Origin: a virus
Lineage: Duplodnaviria; Caudoviricetes
Reading direction: 5' to 3' (one strand)
IMG/VR virus record: IMGVR_UViG_3300047095_000877
Coordinates: 1-55,822 of that record
DNA length: 55,822 nt
In this document: one piece after another, positions 9,939 through 18,721 of the stretch
Layout of the letters: each line of letters opens with the position of its first letter
How positions within the stretch are numbered: the first letter of the stretch is position 1
Made by a program: the position numbers and the translations under genes
The notes under the pieces: model-generated
Seen by the model: only the letters and a program-made list of their open reading frames with translations
What the model was told of the DNA's origin: nothing
Databases searched by the model: none

Positions 9939-10501
9939 ACAACGACTACGACCGCGACCGGCCGCAGCAGGTGATCGGCATCTACAGCCCGGCGCCACAG
10001 TCGGGCAAAACTTTCACTGCAACGGTGCTCGTCCATAGTGGCTTCCAGCCGATCAGCTTTGCTGAGCCGCTCAAGCGCATGGCGGTGACCTTCTTAGAGG
10101 GTTTCGGCTACCGCGAGGACGAAGCGCTCAAGCTGGTCTGGGTCGATAAGCACAAGCACATCCCGGAGATCGGCTGCACGGCCCGCTGGCTACTACAAAC
10201 GATCGGCACCGAGTGGGGCCGCCAGCAGATCGCTGACGATCTGTGGATTCGCTGCTGGGAAGCACGGGTTCGACGTCATGACACCGTCGTGACAGACGAC
10301 GTGCGGTTTGCCAACGAGGCCGAAGCGGTCAAGGCGATCGGCGGGCAGATGTGGAAGATTATCCGCCCATCAGCGCAGCGCAACACCGACCACCCCTCAG
10401 AAGGTGCTCTCGACGACTGGGACGGATTTGATGTTGTCATTCAAAATGATGGCAGCCTTGAACAATTCCGTCGCAAGATCGACGCGGCCTTATGGGGATG
10501 A
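9935..10501 (+). CDS. Deoxynucleoside monophosphate kinase (T4 gp1-like)
   Basis: P-loop QSGKT, SFAEPLK, R.LLQ.IGTEWGR, DDVRFANE, H.SE. Confidence 0.9.
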   Translation: MNNDYDRDRPQQVIGIYSPAPQSGKTFTATVLVHSGFQPISFAEPLKRMAVTFLEGFGYREDEALKLVWVDKHKHIPEIGCTARWLLQTIGTEWGRQQIADDLWIRCWEARVRRHDTVVTDDVRFANEAEAVKAIGGQMWKIIRPSAQRNTDHPSEGALDDWDGFDVVIQNDGSLEQFRRKIDAALWG

Positions 10502-10830
10502 TGCGATTTCATGCCGGGCGGATGGTCCTGCATCAGCAGGGCACCGTCTGGCATGTTCGCATCAAGCTTGGTGCCAGCCCTGAGCACCAAACAAAAGCCA
10601 GTCTTGAGACCAGCAATGCCGAGGAGGCAATCTTCAGGGCTGAGCGGATCTACGCCGATCTGAAACGCAAGCTGAGCAAGCGCGTTGACGATCGACCGAT
10701 GTGCTGGCAGTGCATCCACTGGGAGGGCATTAACGCACAATGCGGATTCGGCTGGCCGGAAGCCCGCCAGACTGGTGGGAGATTCGCCGCGCAGTGCTCG
10801 GTTTTCAAGGCATGTCCGACCCGGAAGTGA
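10498..10830 (+). CDS. Hypothetical Cys-containing protein
   Basis: CWQCIHW...CGFGWPE resembles the C-terminus of 6922-7398. Confidence 0.65.
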   Translation: MMRFHAGRMVLHQQGTVWHVRIKLGASPEHQTKASLETSNAEEAIFRAERIYADLKRKLSKRVDDRPMCWQCIHWEGINAQCGFGWPEARQTGGRFAAQCSVFKACPTRK

Positions 10831-10982
10831 TCAGCCGCACCGAACGCGACGGCGGCTACATCGAGACGCTGGATCGCCCGGGTTTCGAGATCTACTACCG
10901 CAGCTGCGCCCATGGCTACTGTCGCTACTCGAGCGACATGTGGCAAGCGGAGCTGTATCTAGACCATTTGCTGGCGCGATAA
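10812..10982 (+). CDS. Hypothetical protein
   Basis: MSDPEVISRTERDGGYIETL...YRSC...CRYSSD. Confidence 0.65.
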   Translation: MSDPEVISRTERDGGYIETLDRPGFEIYYRSCAHGYCRYSSDMWQAELYLDHLLAR

Positions 10983-11018
10983 GCTGATCGGGTTCCCGCT
11001 CTGCTTCGGCATCGGGCC

Positions 11019-11089
11019 GGAAGCGTAGCCCAAGCAGAGGCAGCGGAGACAATCCGAACTCAGTGCTGGTTCAAGTCCAGCCGCTTCCC
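11019..11089 (+). ncRNA. tRNA-like RNA with non-canonical anticodon arm
   Basis: Acceptor GGAAGCG/CGCTTCC, T-arm GCTGG-TTCAAGT-CCAGC, D-stem GCC/GGC; anticodon arm CGGA-GACAA-TCCG irregular, no CCA. Confidence 0.7.
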
Positions 11090-11185
11090 TTTGGCATGAA
11101 TGTGATGGCCGGTGCCCAGGGCTCACGCGCCACAGGGCTCACCGCAGCCGGCCGCTACGGTACCGCCTAGATCCTCAGAAAAGGT

Positions 11186-11512
11186 CTAGGCCGACAAATT
11201 AGCACCACCAGCAAGCCACTGCGCGATCGCCCACTCGTTGGCGGCGGACCAGAAGGGTTGCTTGCGATACCAGTCAATCCAAGGGGACTGGCCCTTCGAG
11301 ATATTGCAGTGCCAGCATGAGCTGACCAGGTTTTCCCTGACAGTTAGGCCACCGTGCGCCTTGGGGATGACGTGATCGAGCGTCGGACTGCGGCCAAGCT
11401 GGTCCGAGCAGTATGCGCATCGGTGGTCCCAGGCCAGGTGGATCTGATCACGAAACCGCAGCCTCGCCTCCTTCCTCGTGATCAGCTCCGTCTCCGAGAT
11501 CTGATGATCCAC
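11186..11512 (-). CDS. HNH endonuclease
   Basis: CAYC..TLDHVIPKAHGG...NLVSSCWHCNISKG. Confidence 0.92.
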   Translation of the reverse strand: MDHQISETELITRKEARLRFRDQIHLAWDHRCAYCSDQLGRSPTLDHVIPKAHGGLTVRENLVSSCWHCNISKGQSPWIDWYRKQPFWSAANEWAIAQWLAGGANLSA

Positions 11513-11681
11513 CTGGCTCCTGGGGTAGGGGAAAGGCATCCAGCTCGATATCGACGATGTGCTCGTCGCTGGGGACGAACTCGACAATGCGCGCATAGGT
11601 GTTCTCGATGAACTCCTCGATGGAGTCCTCGTCGCTATGCACAACAACCTTGGCGGCCACCTCGAGCAGGTAGGTCGGCAC
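11448..11681 (-). CDS. Acidic hypothetical protein
   Basis: GTG start, VPTYLLEVAAKVVVHSDED... Confidence 0.6.
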   Translation of the reverse strand: MPTYLLEVAAKVVVHSDEDSIEEFIENTYARIVEFVPSDEHIVDIELDAFPLPQEPGGSSDLGDGADHEEGGEAAVS

Positions 11682-11759
11682 AGTGGCGCCGCGGCTTGCA
11701 CCACGGTAGCGACCGTGACGGGATGCAACGATTTCTTTGGGATCACTGCGGGTTTTGGT

Positions 11760-11833
11760 TGGTAGGCCCACTCGGAGTTGAACCGAGATTTGCGAATTAA
11801 AAGTTCGCCACTCTACCGTTGAGTTATGGGCCC
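11760..11833 (-). tRNA. tRNA-Lys (UUU) with encoded CCA
   Basis: Minus strand GGGCCCA-TA-ACTCAACGGTAGAGT-G-GCGAA-CTTTTAA-TTCGC-AAAT-CTCGG-TTCAACT-CCGAG-TGGGCCT-ACCA. Confidence 0.95.
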
Positions 11834-11840
11834 GAAAGCT

Positions 11841-12066
11841 TGCGCGAATACTGCGCGAACGTGATTTCTGCTACTGCCTAACCCCTTGTTTTCACTCACA
11901 AAAATCAGCCTGATCAACTGATTAAAAGTCTCTTTCGGAAGTCTCACGCAACTTCACGCAAACTCATTAAACATCTGATTCATCAACAAGATCCGCTATT
12001 GCGTTTTTCGGCTGATTCGCGCAATTTACCGCAAATTCGCGCAAATCTGCGCGAATAGTGCGCGAA
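11841..12066. other. Putative attP
   Basis: AT-rich gap before integrase; paired TGCGCGAA repeats at 11841/11852 and 12048/12059; candidate core 11915-11930. Confidence 0.7.
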
Positions 12067-13178
12067 TGGAGGGACGCATGAAACGTGAGTGGAAGCCCGA
12101 TTCAAAGGTCACCGGACTGGGCCTGCTGGTGCTGCCGAGCGGGGTCGAAACCTGGTACCTGCGCTACCGCGAACCGAGCGGCAAGCAGCAGCATCACAAG
12201 ATCGGTCGGGCTGACATCCTCAACCGCACACTGGCCCGCGAAGAGGCGCACAAGATCCTTGCCGCCGTGGCGCGTGGGCATGCACCCACCAGCGCCCGCC
12301 AGGAGCTGCGCCGCGGCCCTGACATGACCGATCTGTACCAGCGCCTGCTGGCCGAGCACTATCCCAAACTGCGGCCGGGCACGGCGAAGAACTACCAGAG
12401 CATCTGGGACGTTCACATCATCCCGAAACTGGGCCGCCAGAAGGTGCAGATGATCACCAGCGCCGACGTGATGCGGCTGCTCTCGCGCATCCGGCCCATC
12501 CAGGCCAACCGGACGCTGGCGGTGCTGCGCAAGGCGTTCAACCTGTCGATCCTGTGGGGCCTGCGAGCGGACAATCCTTGCGCCAAGGTGCCGGCCAACA
12601 CCGAGCGCAAGCGGCGGCGTTATCTGTCAGGCGAAGAGCGGCAGCGGCTGGTGGCCGCACTGGGCGCGATAGCCACCTCGCCACTGCGCTGGCGGTTCGC
12701 TCAACTGGTGCGACTGCTGATGCTGACGGGGTGCCGCGTGAGCGAAATCTGCCGTGCCAGATGGGAGTGGTTCGACGAGAAGGCAGGCTTGCTGGCGATT
12801 CCCGCCGAGCATCACAAAACTGGTGAGCACACTGGCCAAAAACGTGTAGTGCATATTCCTCCTGCAGGAATTCTCATCTTGAGAGAACTGAGACTCAGAT
12901 CGAATACACAATGGATTATCGCAGGGCAGGACGATGGCTATCTGGTGGGGTATCAGAACCTATGGGAAGAGCTGATGGTGCTTGCCGAAATCAAGGATCT
13001 CAAATGCCACGATTTGAGGCACCACTGGGCCTCGGTGGCGATCACCAAGGTCGGCCTGACGCTGCCGCAGGTCGGCAATCTGCTTGGTCACGCCAGCCCG
13101 CTGACCACCAGCCGCTATGCGCACCTGCTCGAGGATGGGGCGCAGGCTATGGCGAGGGCCGTGGCTGATCAGATCTAG
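12066..13178 (+). CDS. int: Tyrosine integrase with N-terminal arm-binding domain
   Basis: GL.L.V.PSG..TW arm domain; TGCRVSE, HDLRH, LLGH, RYAH catalytic motifs. Confidence 0.97.
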   Translation: MEGRMKREWKPDSKVTGLGLLVLPSGVETWYLRYREPSGKQQHHKIGRADILNRTLAREEAHKILAAVARGHAPTSARQELRRGPDMTDLYQRLLAEHYPKLRPGTAKNYQSIWDVHIIPKLGRQKVQMITSADVMRLLSRIRPIQANRTLAVLRKAFNLSILWGLRADNPCAKVPANTERKRRRYLSGEERQRLVAALGAIATSPLRWRFAQLVRLLMLTGCRVSEICRARWEWFDEKAGLLAIPAEHHKTGEHTGQKRVVHIPPAGILILRELRLRSNTQWIIAGQDDGYLVGYQNLWEELMVLAEIKDLKCHDLRHHWASVAITKVGLTLPQVGNLLGHASPLTTSRYAHLLEDGAQAMARAVADQI

Positions 13179-13477
13179 TATTCGTCGTCCTCGGCTGCCG
13201 GCCCGACCATGTAGGCCGGCTTGCCGTCTTCGCTGAGCAGTGGCTGCGCGAGCTCGTCGCAGATCATCTGGTACAGCTTTACGTACGCCATCATTTCTTT
13301 GAAATGCGCAGCGAGAGCGTCGTATTCGCTCTCGCCGACGATGCCGATCGCGTCGGGGTCTGCATAGACGAGGAACATCATGGCCGCATCCAAGATGCGA
13401 CCATCACGAAACAGCTCGTAGGCAGTCTCGAGCCCTTCCTCAAACGTGACTGTGCCGTCGCGAGAGGCGAATCTCAT
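13175..13477 (-). CDS. Hypothetical protein
   Basis: 100 aa, coupled to thyX. Confidence 0.6.
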   Translation of the reverse strand: MRFASRDGTVTFEEGLETAYELFRDGRILDAAMMFLVYADPDAIGIVGESEYDALAAHFKEMMAYVKLYQMICDELAQPLLSEDGKPAYMVGPAAEDDEY

Positions 13478-14205
13478 GGGGCCAGGCGGGCTTTGTGCAG
13501 CCTAGTGCGCTCGTACCAGGCGGCGATTTCCGGTGTCCACCGGTGGATTACTGGCCACATCAGATCGCACATGGCCTGGATCTCAGGCTGTGCATCAGCC
13601 TTGGAGCGCAGATCCATGAAGTGGAGCGCCGAGCGCAGGTTGAAGGTGACGACGAAGTTTTGGCGGAAGTCGAAGGGGATCATGCCGCGAGCGTGTTCTT
13701 CGGCCCAGCCGACCCTCAGGCGGTTCCAGTAAACCTGTGCGGCGCCGAAACACATTTCAAGGTCGGCTTCTCGTTGAGACTCCGTGTAGATGTACTTTTT
13801 ACCCTGCCTATCACGGTACTCGCCCAGCGGGCGCAAATAGAACACGTCCTCAACATCAGCTTTGCCTTCTGCCACCTTGCAAATCCGCTTGCCGGTGTAG
13901 CGCATCGACTGCACGTCAAAGCTGATACCCACGCGATGCGTGCGTGCCTGCTGCATCACCGAATGCGGAAAGCCTGCGACGCCCAGTGTGATGCTCGGGT
14001 GCTCGAGCGGGCCGTAGTGGCCGCGCTCACCGGCTAGCAGGTGCTTCACCACCAGCCGGCCAGCCTCCTGGTCTTCCGGAGCAACGCAATCAAGCACCGA
14101 GCCCTCGTAGTAGTCCTGGTGCATAGCCTGCCAGACGAGCTGCTCGGGCGCCATCGTCCAGTTGAGGGCATCGACGCGGAAACGGGAGTCAATCAGGCTT
14201 CCCAT
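13474..14205 (-). CDS. thyX: Flavin-dependent thymidylate synthase
   Basis: GHYGPLEH, QARTHRVGISFDVQSMRY, NLRSALHF, AQPEI. Confidence 0.95.
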   Translation of the reverse strand: MGSLIDSRFRVDALNWTMAPEQLVWQAMHQDYYEGSVLDCVAPEDQEAGRLVVKHLLAGERGHYGPLEHPSITLGVAGFPHSVMQQARTHRVGISFDVQSMRYTGKRICKVAEGKADVEDVFYLRPLGEYRDRQGKKYIYTESQREADLEMCFGAAQVYWNRLRVGWAEEHARGMIPFDFRQNFVVTFNLRSALHFMDLRSKADAQPEIQAMCDLMWPVIHRWTPEIAAWYERTRLHKARLAP

Positions 14206-14711
14206 GACGGCATCACGCGGGGCTGCAGGTTGTAGTGTCCTTTTTCGGCGTAGGAGATGTCCGGGATCCCTGCCGTCAGCATGAAGACCATCTGACCGAT
14301 CTTCTTGCCGGGCCACAGCTTGAGCGGCCGCAACTGCCGGGCGTTGGTGAGCTCCAGCGTCAGCTTGGAGCCGTTCCATTGCGGGTCGGCGAAGCCGGCG
14401 TGGCTGTGCTCCAGACCTTCGCGAGCGCGACTCGACTTGAGAAAGAAGAACCCTGCCACATCGTTGGGCATGTTGAACGTCTCCCAGGTCTCCGCAAGGA
14501 TCCACTGGCCGGGCTTCAGCAGGCAGGGGTTGTCCTCATCGCAGTCGCTGATGTCGACGCGGATCAGCTCATCGCTGGTGGCGCTCTCGATCATGATCTC
14601 GTTGCCCAGCAGCAGGTCGTAACTGGCCGGGTTGAGCTGGTCGAGGTCGAACGGGACGATCATCCGCTCTTCTTCGCAGAAGCGCTTGATTTCGAGGTCG
14701 TGAAGGATCAT
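14193..14711 (-). CDS. dcd: dCTP deaminase
   Basis: LNPASYDLLLG, LKSSRAREG, DP.WNG..LTLEL, IGQMVF. Confidence 0.93.
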   Translation of the reverse strand: MILHDLEIKRFCEEERMIVPFDLDQLNPASYDLLLGNEIMIESATSDELIRVDISDCDEDNPCLLKPGQWILAETWETFNMPNDVAGFFFLKSSRAREGLEHSHAGFADPQWNGSKLTLELTNARQLRPLKLWPGKKIGQMVFMLTAGIPDISYAEKGHYNLQPRVMPSWEA

Positions 14712-14777
14712 GCGGGTCGCGGGTGATGCCCCAAGATACCGGCCGCCGGGCCCGAGTCTCGATTCAGTCGCAAAACG

Positions 14778-15953
14778 TCACTTTGAGACCAGTACGGCCC
14801 AGCCAGTGCCGGGGCCTTCGATTTCCCACCGGCGCAGCCAGTTCTTGCGGCTGTAACCGATGCCGGCGCCGTTGGCGTTGAGGTAGCCGCCGTTCAGCAG
14901 ATCGCATTCGCCGTAGGGGTCGTTGTGAACGATCTGCGTCGGGTTGAAACCGATCGCCACGGTCCAGTGGCCGCCACCGGTAGGCGCTGCGGCTGTGCCA
15001 TGGTGCAGCCAGCCAACAGCGATGGGCCGGCCGGCTTGGATCTCAGCCTCGAGCTGGGCGATCGAGCACTTCTGAGTGAAACGCGCATTGAGCCCCAGCG
15101 ACTGCAGTGTCTTCACCTGCGCAATGGGCTCGGTGGTGTCGCCGTATTTCGCACGAGCAGCGTTGTACTCGTCGTCGGTTTTGACCTTGCCATAAAAGGC
15201 GGCGATCATTGCGCAGCTCGACGAGAAGCACTCGCGGTAACCCTGGCCGGACTTGTTGTCGCGCTGGCTGAAGTAGGGCACGCCGAGACGCACCGGCTCC
15301 TCCGGCATCTCGTCCATGTCCTGAAGCCAGAGATCGCCTTCGGCCTTGCGGCGGCGCTTCAGGCCGGCTTCAACGCTGGTGCCGGGATTGCGGTAGAGCA
15401 ACATCGCTGCGGGCACATCCTTCCAGCGCTTGTCGCGCAATGCACCGCTGATGGTTTTGAAGCCCTCGGTGCCGTAGAAGCCTGAGCCAAGGTTGTAGGC
15501 AAAGGAGATCAGCGCGGACTTCTGACAGTCGCCCATCTCCTTCCAGAAGGGGACGGTGGTGCCCAGCTTGGCGGCAATGCGATCGACCTCCTGGCGCAGG
15601 AGCATGTCGGCCTCGATCGCGTTGATCTTGTCGCCCTTCTGCACCTTGCGCCCGTCGTTGTAGCGGGTGGTGCCGTAGCCGATCGTGGCCACGTTCCAGC
15701 CGTGCAGCGGATCTGGGTACGCCTCGAGGTGACAGCCCTCGAATGACTTGATGATGGCAAGCGCCGGAGCCAGGTCAGCCTGCTTGCCGTCTTGGCTCCA
15801 CGTAGCAAACCACGGCCTATCGCGACGCATCGCGGCGGCGTAGCCGTTTTCGCGCAAGTCGTTCTGCAGCTCTACGACGGCCGCCGCCTGATGGGGCAGG
15901 GCTTTGTAGTAGCGGAACAGCTGCTCGAGACTGATCGGGGCGGCGTTGCTCAC
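14778..15953 (-). CDS. Endolysin: GH24 lysozyme + C39-like peptidase
   Basis: IKSFEGC..AYPD..TIGYGTT, SFAYNLG, GLKRRRKAE; VPYFSQRDN..C.SSSCAM, GHW, NDPYG. Confidence 0.92.
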   Translation of the reverse strand: MSNAAPISLEQLFRYYKALPHQAAAVVELQNDLRENGYAAAMRRDRPWFATWSQDGKQADLAPALAIIKSFEGCHLEAYPDPLHGWNVATIGYGTTRYNDGRKVQKGDKINAIEADMLLRQEVDRIAAKLGTTVPFWKEMGDCQKSALISFAYNLGSGFYGTEGFKTISGALRDKRWKDVPAAMLLYRNPGTSVEAGLKRRRKAEGDLWLQDMDEMPEEPVRLGVPYFSQRDNKSGQGYRECFSSSCAMIAAFYGKVKTDDEYNAARAKYGDTTEPIAQVKTLQSLGLNARFTQKCSIAQLEAEIQAGRPIAVGWLHHGTAAAPTGGGHWTVAIGFNPTQIVHNDPYGECDLLNGGYLNANGAGIGYSRKNWLRRWEIEGPGTGWAVLVSK

Positions 15954-15959
15954 GGGCGC

Positions 15960-16100
15960 TCAGCGCTTTTTTGGGAATGCAAGGCGCAGGAACTGCAGAA
16001 CGAGCTGAACAACGCTGTTGGCGCGCAGGGGGCTCAGAGCAATGGCTTCAGAGGCTGCCGCGACGACGATCGCAATGATCGCGACGGTGTTGGGATCCAT
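15960..16100 (-). CDS. Small hydrophobic protein, holin candidate
   Basis: MDPNTVAIIAIVVAAASEAIALSPLRANSVVQLVL..., directly upstream of endolysin. Confidence 0.6.
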   Translation of the reverse strand: MDPNTVAIIAIVVAAASEAIALSPLRANSVVQLVLQFLRLAFPKKR

Positions 16101-16135
16101 GTTGCCGGGCATGGCAGGTCTCCTTCAGGCTAGCC

Positions 16136-16399
16136 CTATCTGTTGATGACGGCAGTCGTCGGTTTGAGGTTGAGCTGCAGGTGCTGGCCCATGAATGATG
16201 CCAAGGGCGGCAGCACCAAGCTTGCAATGACAGCTACAAGCACCACCTGCGCCATGCGTGTCTCGAGCTTTCCAATGCGCTCAAAGATGTTCTTTTTCTC
16301 GTCGTCGTCTCGTGTTTGGCTCAGCAGGATGGCGTCCATCTTGCCTTGGAGCACACCGAGCTCCCTGTAGATCTCAGCGTGGGATACTTCTCGCTCCAT
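16136..16399 (-). CDS. Coiled-coil + TM lysis-associated protein
   Basis: LGVLQGKMD..RIGKLE followed by a hydrophobic helix. Confidence 0.6.
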   Translation of the reverse strand: MEREVSHAEIYRELGVLQGKMDAILLSQTRDDDEKKNIFERIGKLETRMAQVVLVAVIASLVLPPLASFMGQHLQLNLKPTTAVINR

Positions 16400-16423
16400 G
16401 CGCCGCCTTGCAACCAAAGGATC

Positions 16424-16576
16424 CTAACCACCGGGAAGTGTTGGCCCATCGCCGAGAGGATCGGGCCTCCCGGCGAGGATGGCAACAGCGCGCTTGTAGT
16501 ACCAGTTGTCAGTTTTTCCTGCCGCTTCTAGCGCGTCCCTGATCTTGCGCCAGTTTTCGCGGACGGCCGGGTCCAT
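16424..16576 (-). CDS. Small hypothetical protein
   Basis: MDPAVRENWRKIRDALEAAGKTDNWYYKRA...; TAATG coupling; translated by hand. Confidence 0.7.
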   Translation of the reverse strand: MDPAVRENWRKIRDALEAAGKTDNWYYKRAVAILAGRPDPLGDGPTLPGG

Positions 16577-16713
16577 TACCGGCCTTGCCCCCTGAGGGGC
16601 TTCTTTCCACGGCGCCGGGGCCGGCTTTGTTGGCCGAACCCCTGGCGGGTGGTCTTGTGTGGGCCGGGCTGGTGCTCGATGCGAGCGGTGCCGGTCTTAC
16701 TCTTGACCGCCAT
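16576..16713 (-). CDS. Small basic protein ending RGQGR
   Basis: MAVKSKTG...KKPLRGQGR; translated by hand. Confidence 0.7.
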   Translation of the reverse strand: MAVKSKTGTARIEHQPGPHKTTRQGFGQQSRPRRRGKKPLRGQGR

Positions 16714-16867
16714 CGCCTTCTTCGTCAGCGGCCTGCTGCTTGGCGGTCACCTCGATGGCCTCTAAGAAGGCCGACAGTTGCTGGGCAGCGAACTGCTGAA
16801 GGGTGCCGTTGCCGCTGGCGCGTGCAGCAGCGTAAGCGTCGATGAGTTGAACGAGCTGTTCTTTCAT
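16697..16867 (-). CDS. Hypothetical protein
   Basis: MKEQLVQLIDAYAAARASG... Confidence 0.65.
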   Translation of the reverse strand: MKEQLVQLIDAYAAARASGNGTLQQFAAQQLSAFLEAIEVTAKQQAADEEGDGGQE

Positions 16868-16892
16868 GTGCGGTCCTTTGGACGGTTGGAGT

Positions 16893-17225
16893 TTAAGCCC
16901 AGGGCAGGCCGCTTGCTTTTTTGGGAGCCTGCTGTTCAGCGATCTGTGACGCGAGGGCGGCCTCGGTGGCTGCGACCTGCTCGGCACCGAGCTTCTCCTT
17001 GACCCAGCCGACCACCTGCTCCTTGCTGAGCTGGTCGAACGGGATGAGGTCGCCTTCGGGACGCTCAAGGCCGACAGAGCCGTAGGCACCGGCAGAGAAC
17101 TCACCAAGGGTGGAGCTGACGGTCCAGTGGGCGGTGTAGACGTAGCCGTCGCTCACCTCACGCTCGAGGTTGGCGATGTCCCAGGTGACGACGGGCTGGG
17201 GTGCGGGGGTGGATTTGGTGGCCAT
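16893..17225 (-). CDS. Tail-fibre-associated small protein, paralog 2
   Basis: TWDIANLERE..DGYVYTAHW..GAYGSVGLERPE..IPF..L..E.VVGWVKEKL..GLPW. Confidence 0.85.
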   Translation of the reverse strand: MATKSTPAPQPVVTWDIANLEREVSDGYVYTAHWTVSSTLGEFSAGAYGSVGLERPEGDLIPFDQLSKEQVVGWVKEKLGAEQVAATEAALASQIAEQQAPKKASGLPWA

Positions 17226-17260
17226 GGAATTGCTCCTCTGGGTCACTTTAGTCCCCGAAC

Positions 17261-18154
17261 TCAAAGCTCAGGGATTTCGTATTCCTGCGTGGTGTTGCAG
17301 TAATGCTTAAAGATAACTTCACTTGTGTTTCCTGCCCACGCTGCCACCTGTGGCACCGGAATTCCTGCCTCGATCCAGCGGCTGATCGCCGTGTGGCGAC
17401 AGTCGTACGGCCGATAAAGGTGGGAAATCAGTCCTGCCATGTGTAGCGGAGCAAGCTTCTTGCGAAAGTAGCTCTGAAATGCGAGGCGGTTCCACGGGAA
17501 GACGAACCTGTCCTCACGGGGCAGGTTTTGCAAGATCGCTTTGCACTTGGAGTTCAACGGAACCCACCGCTTCTTGTTGGTTTTCGTGCTTTCCTTCAGG
17601 CCGTGCGTCAGCGTGTAGTTGCGATGCACCAGCACTCGGCCGTCTTGGATGTCGTCCCAGCACATGGCCCGGACCTCGCCAGTGCGCATGGCGGTCTGCA
17701 GCATGAACTCTGCAAATAGCGACCAATCCACTTCGCGGTAGGTGAGCTTTGCAGTCAGTGCTGTGAGCACCAGCGCGATCTCGTGCCGAGGGATCACGGT
17801 GATCTCGCAGCTTTTCTGCGGCGCCTTGGGCATCCTGAAGTTGGCGACCGGGTTGCCGCTGATCAGGCCAACGTCTTCAGCGCACGCCCAGCGGTACATG
17901 CTGCGCACATACATGCACACGCGCCTAGCGGTGAGGATCGGCTTCTGCTGCAGCACCCAGATCAACACCTGCCGCCCTTGGGCAAGGTCTTGGATTGGGC
18001 AGCGCCCCATCCACTTCGTCACCTGCCGGTAGTCGCTAGTGAGGCTGGTGGGGCAGAGCGAGATGCTGCGCTCTTGCAAGAACATCGCCCACACTTCGGA
18101 AACTGTGTGAGCGCAAACGGGCGCAGCGGTCTGCGAGCGATAGGCTTCGGCCAT
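17261..18154 (-). CDS. Second tyrosine recombinase, no arm-binding domain
   Basis: TAMRTGE, KTNK, YDCRH, WAGN, KHY; ~300 aa beginning at the core-binding domain. Confidence 0.92.
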   Translation of the reverse strand: MAEAYRSQTAAPVCAHTVSEVWAMFLQERSISLCPTSLTSDYRQVTKWMGRCPIQDLAQGRQVLIWVLQQKPILTARRVCMYVRSMYRWACAEDVGLISGNPVANFRMPKAPQKSCEITVIPRHEIALVLTALTAKLTYREVDWSLFAEFMLQTAMRTGEVRAMCWDDIQDGRVLVHRNYTLTHGLKESTKTNKKRWVPLNSKCKAILQNLPREDRFVFPWNRLAFQSYFRKKLAPLHMAGLISHLYRPYDCRHTAISRWIEAGIPVPQVAAWAGNTSEVIFKHYCNTTQEYEIPEL

Positions 18155-18252
18155 CGGGTCCAATACAGCTGGATCTGATCACGGGTCAGGCGGGTGCAAC
18201 CGCGCTGGCCCACTCCATGCCTAGCACAACGCTCGCAGCGTAGATACCGCGA

Positions 18253-18576
18253 CTAAGCGGCCTGAGCAGCATTCCAAGGAACACCAGCTGCCTTGCTGGG
18301 TGCGTGTTGCTCATCGAGCTGAGCCTGCAGCGCAGCCTCGATTTCTGCCACCTTCTCGGCGGTCAGCTTCTCTTTGACCCAGCCGACCACCAGCTCTTCG
18401 GTCAGGTCAGCGAAGGGGATCATTTCACCTTCAGGGCGCTCTAGACCAAGCGACCCGTAGGCCCCAGAGTTGTAGGTGCCGTCGTTGGCGTCCACCACAT
18501 AGTGGGCGGTGAACACATAGCCGTCCAGGGTCTCCCTTTCAAGCTGAGAAATCTTCCAGGTGAAGGTGGTGGCCAT
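18253..18576 (-). CDS. Tail-fibre-associated small protein, paralog 1
   Basis: Clear paralog of 16893-17225. Confidence 0.85.
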   Translation of the reverse strand: MATTFTWKISQLERETLDGYVFTAHYVVDANDGTYNSGAYGSLGLERPEGEMIPFADLTEELVVGWVKEKLTAEKVAEIEAALQAQLDEQHAPSKAAGVPWNAAQAA

Positions 18577-18661
18577 GAGTGAAGTGGCGATGGTTCAGGT
18601 TATTGGTTGTGCAACCAGTTGAATAGGCCGGTTGCCCGCCTGGTGACATACGGCTAAGGGT

Positions 18662-18721
18662 GCTGAGCCTTTAATAAGACCGACCCTTATTCACATGCAC
18701 CGCTGAGCCTTTAATAAGACC
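18662..18721. repeat. 20-bp direct repeat GCTGAGCCTTTAATAAGACC x2
   Basis: 18662-18681 and 18702-18721. Confidence 0.95.

Noticed and set aside
11107-11153. SRP (4.5S) RNA
   Set aside because: Has CAGG and GCAGC words but lacks the GNRA-capped helix-8 geometry.
13474-14711. DNA hypermodification pathway
   Set aside because: thyX, dcd and dNMP kinase are ordinary dTTP supply genes; no modifying transferases or phage DNA polymerase were recognised.
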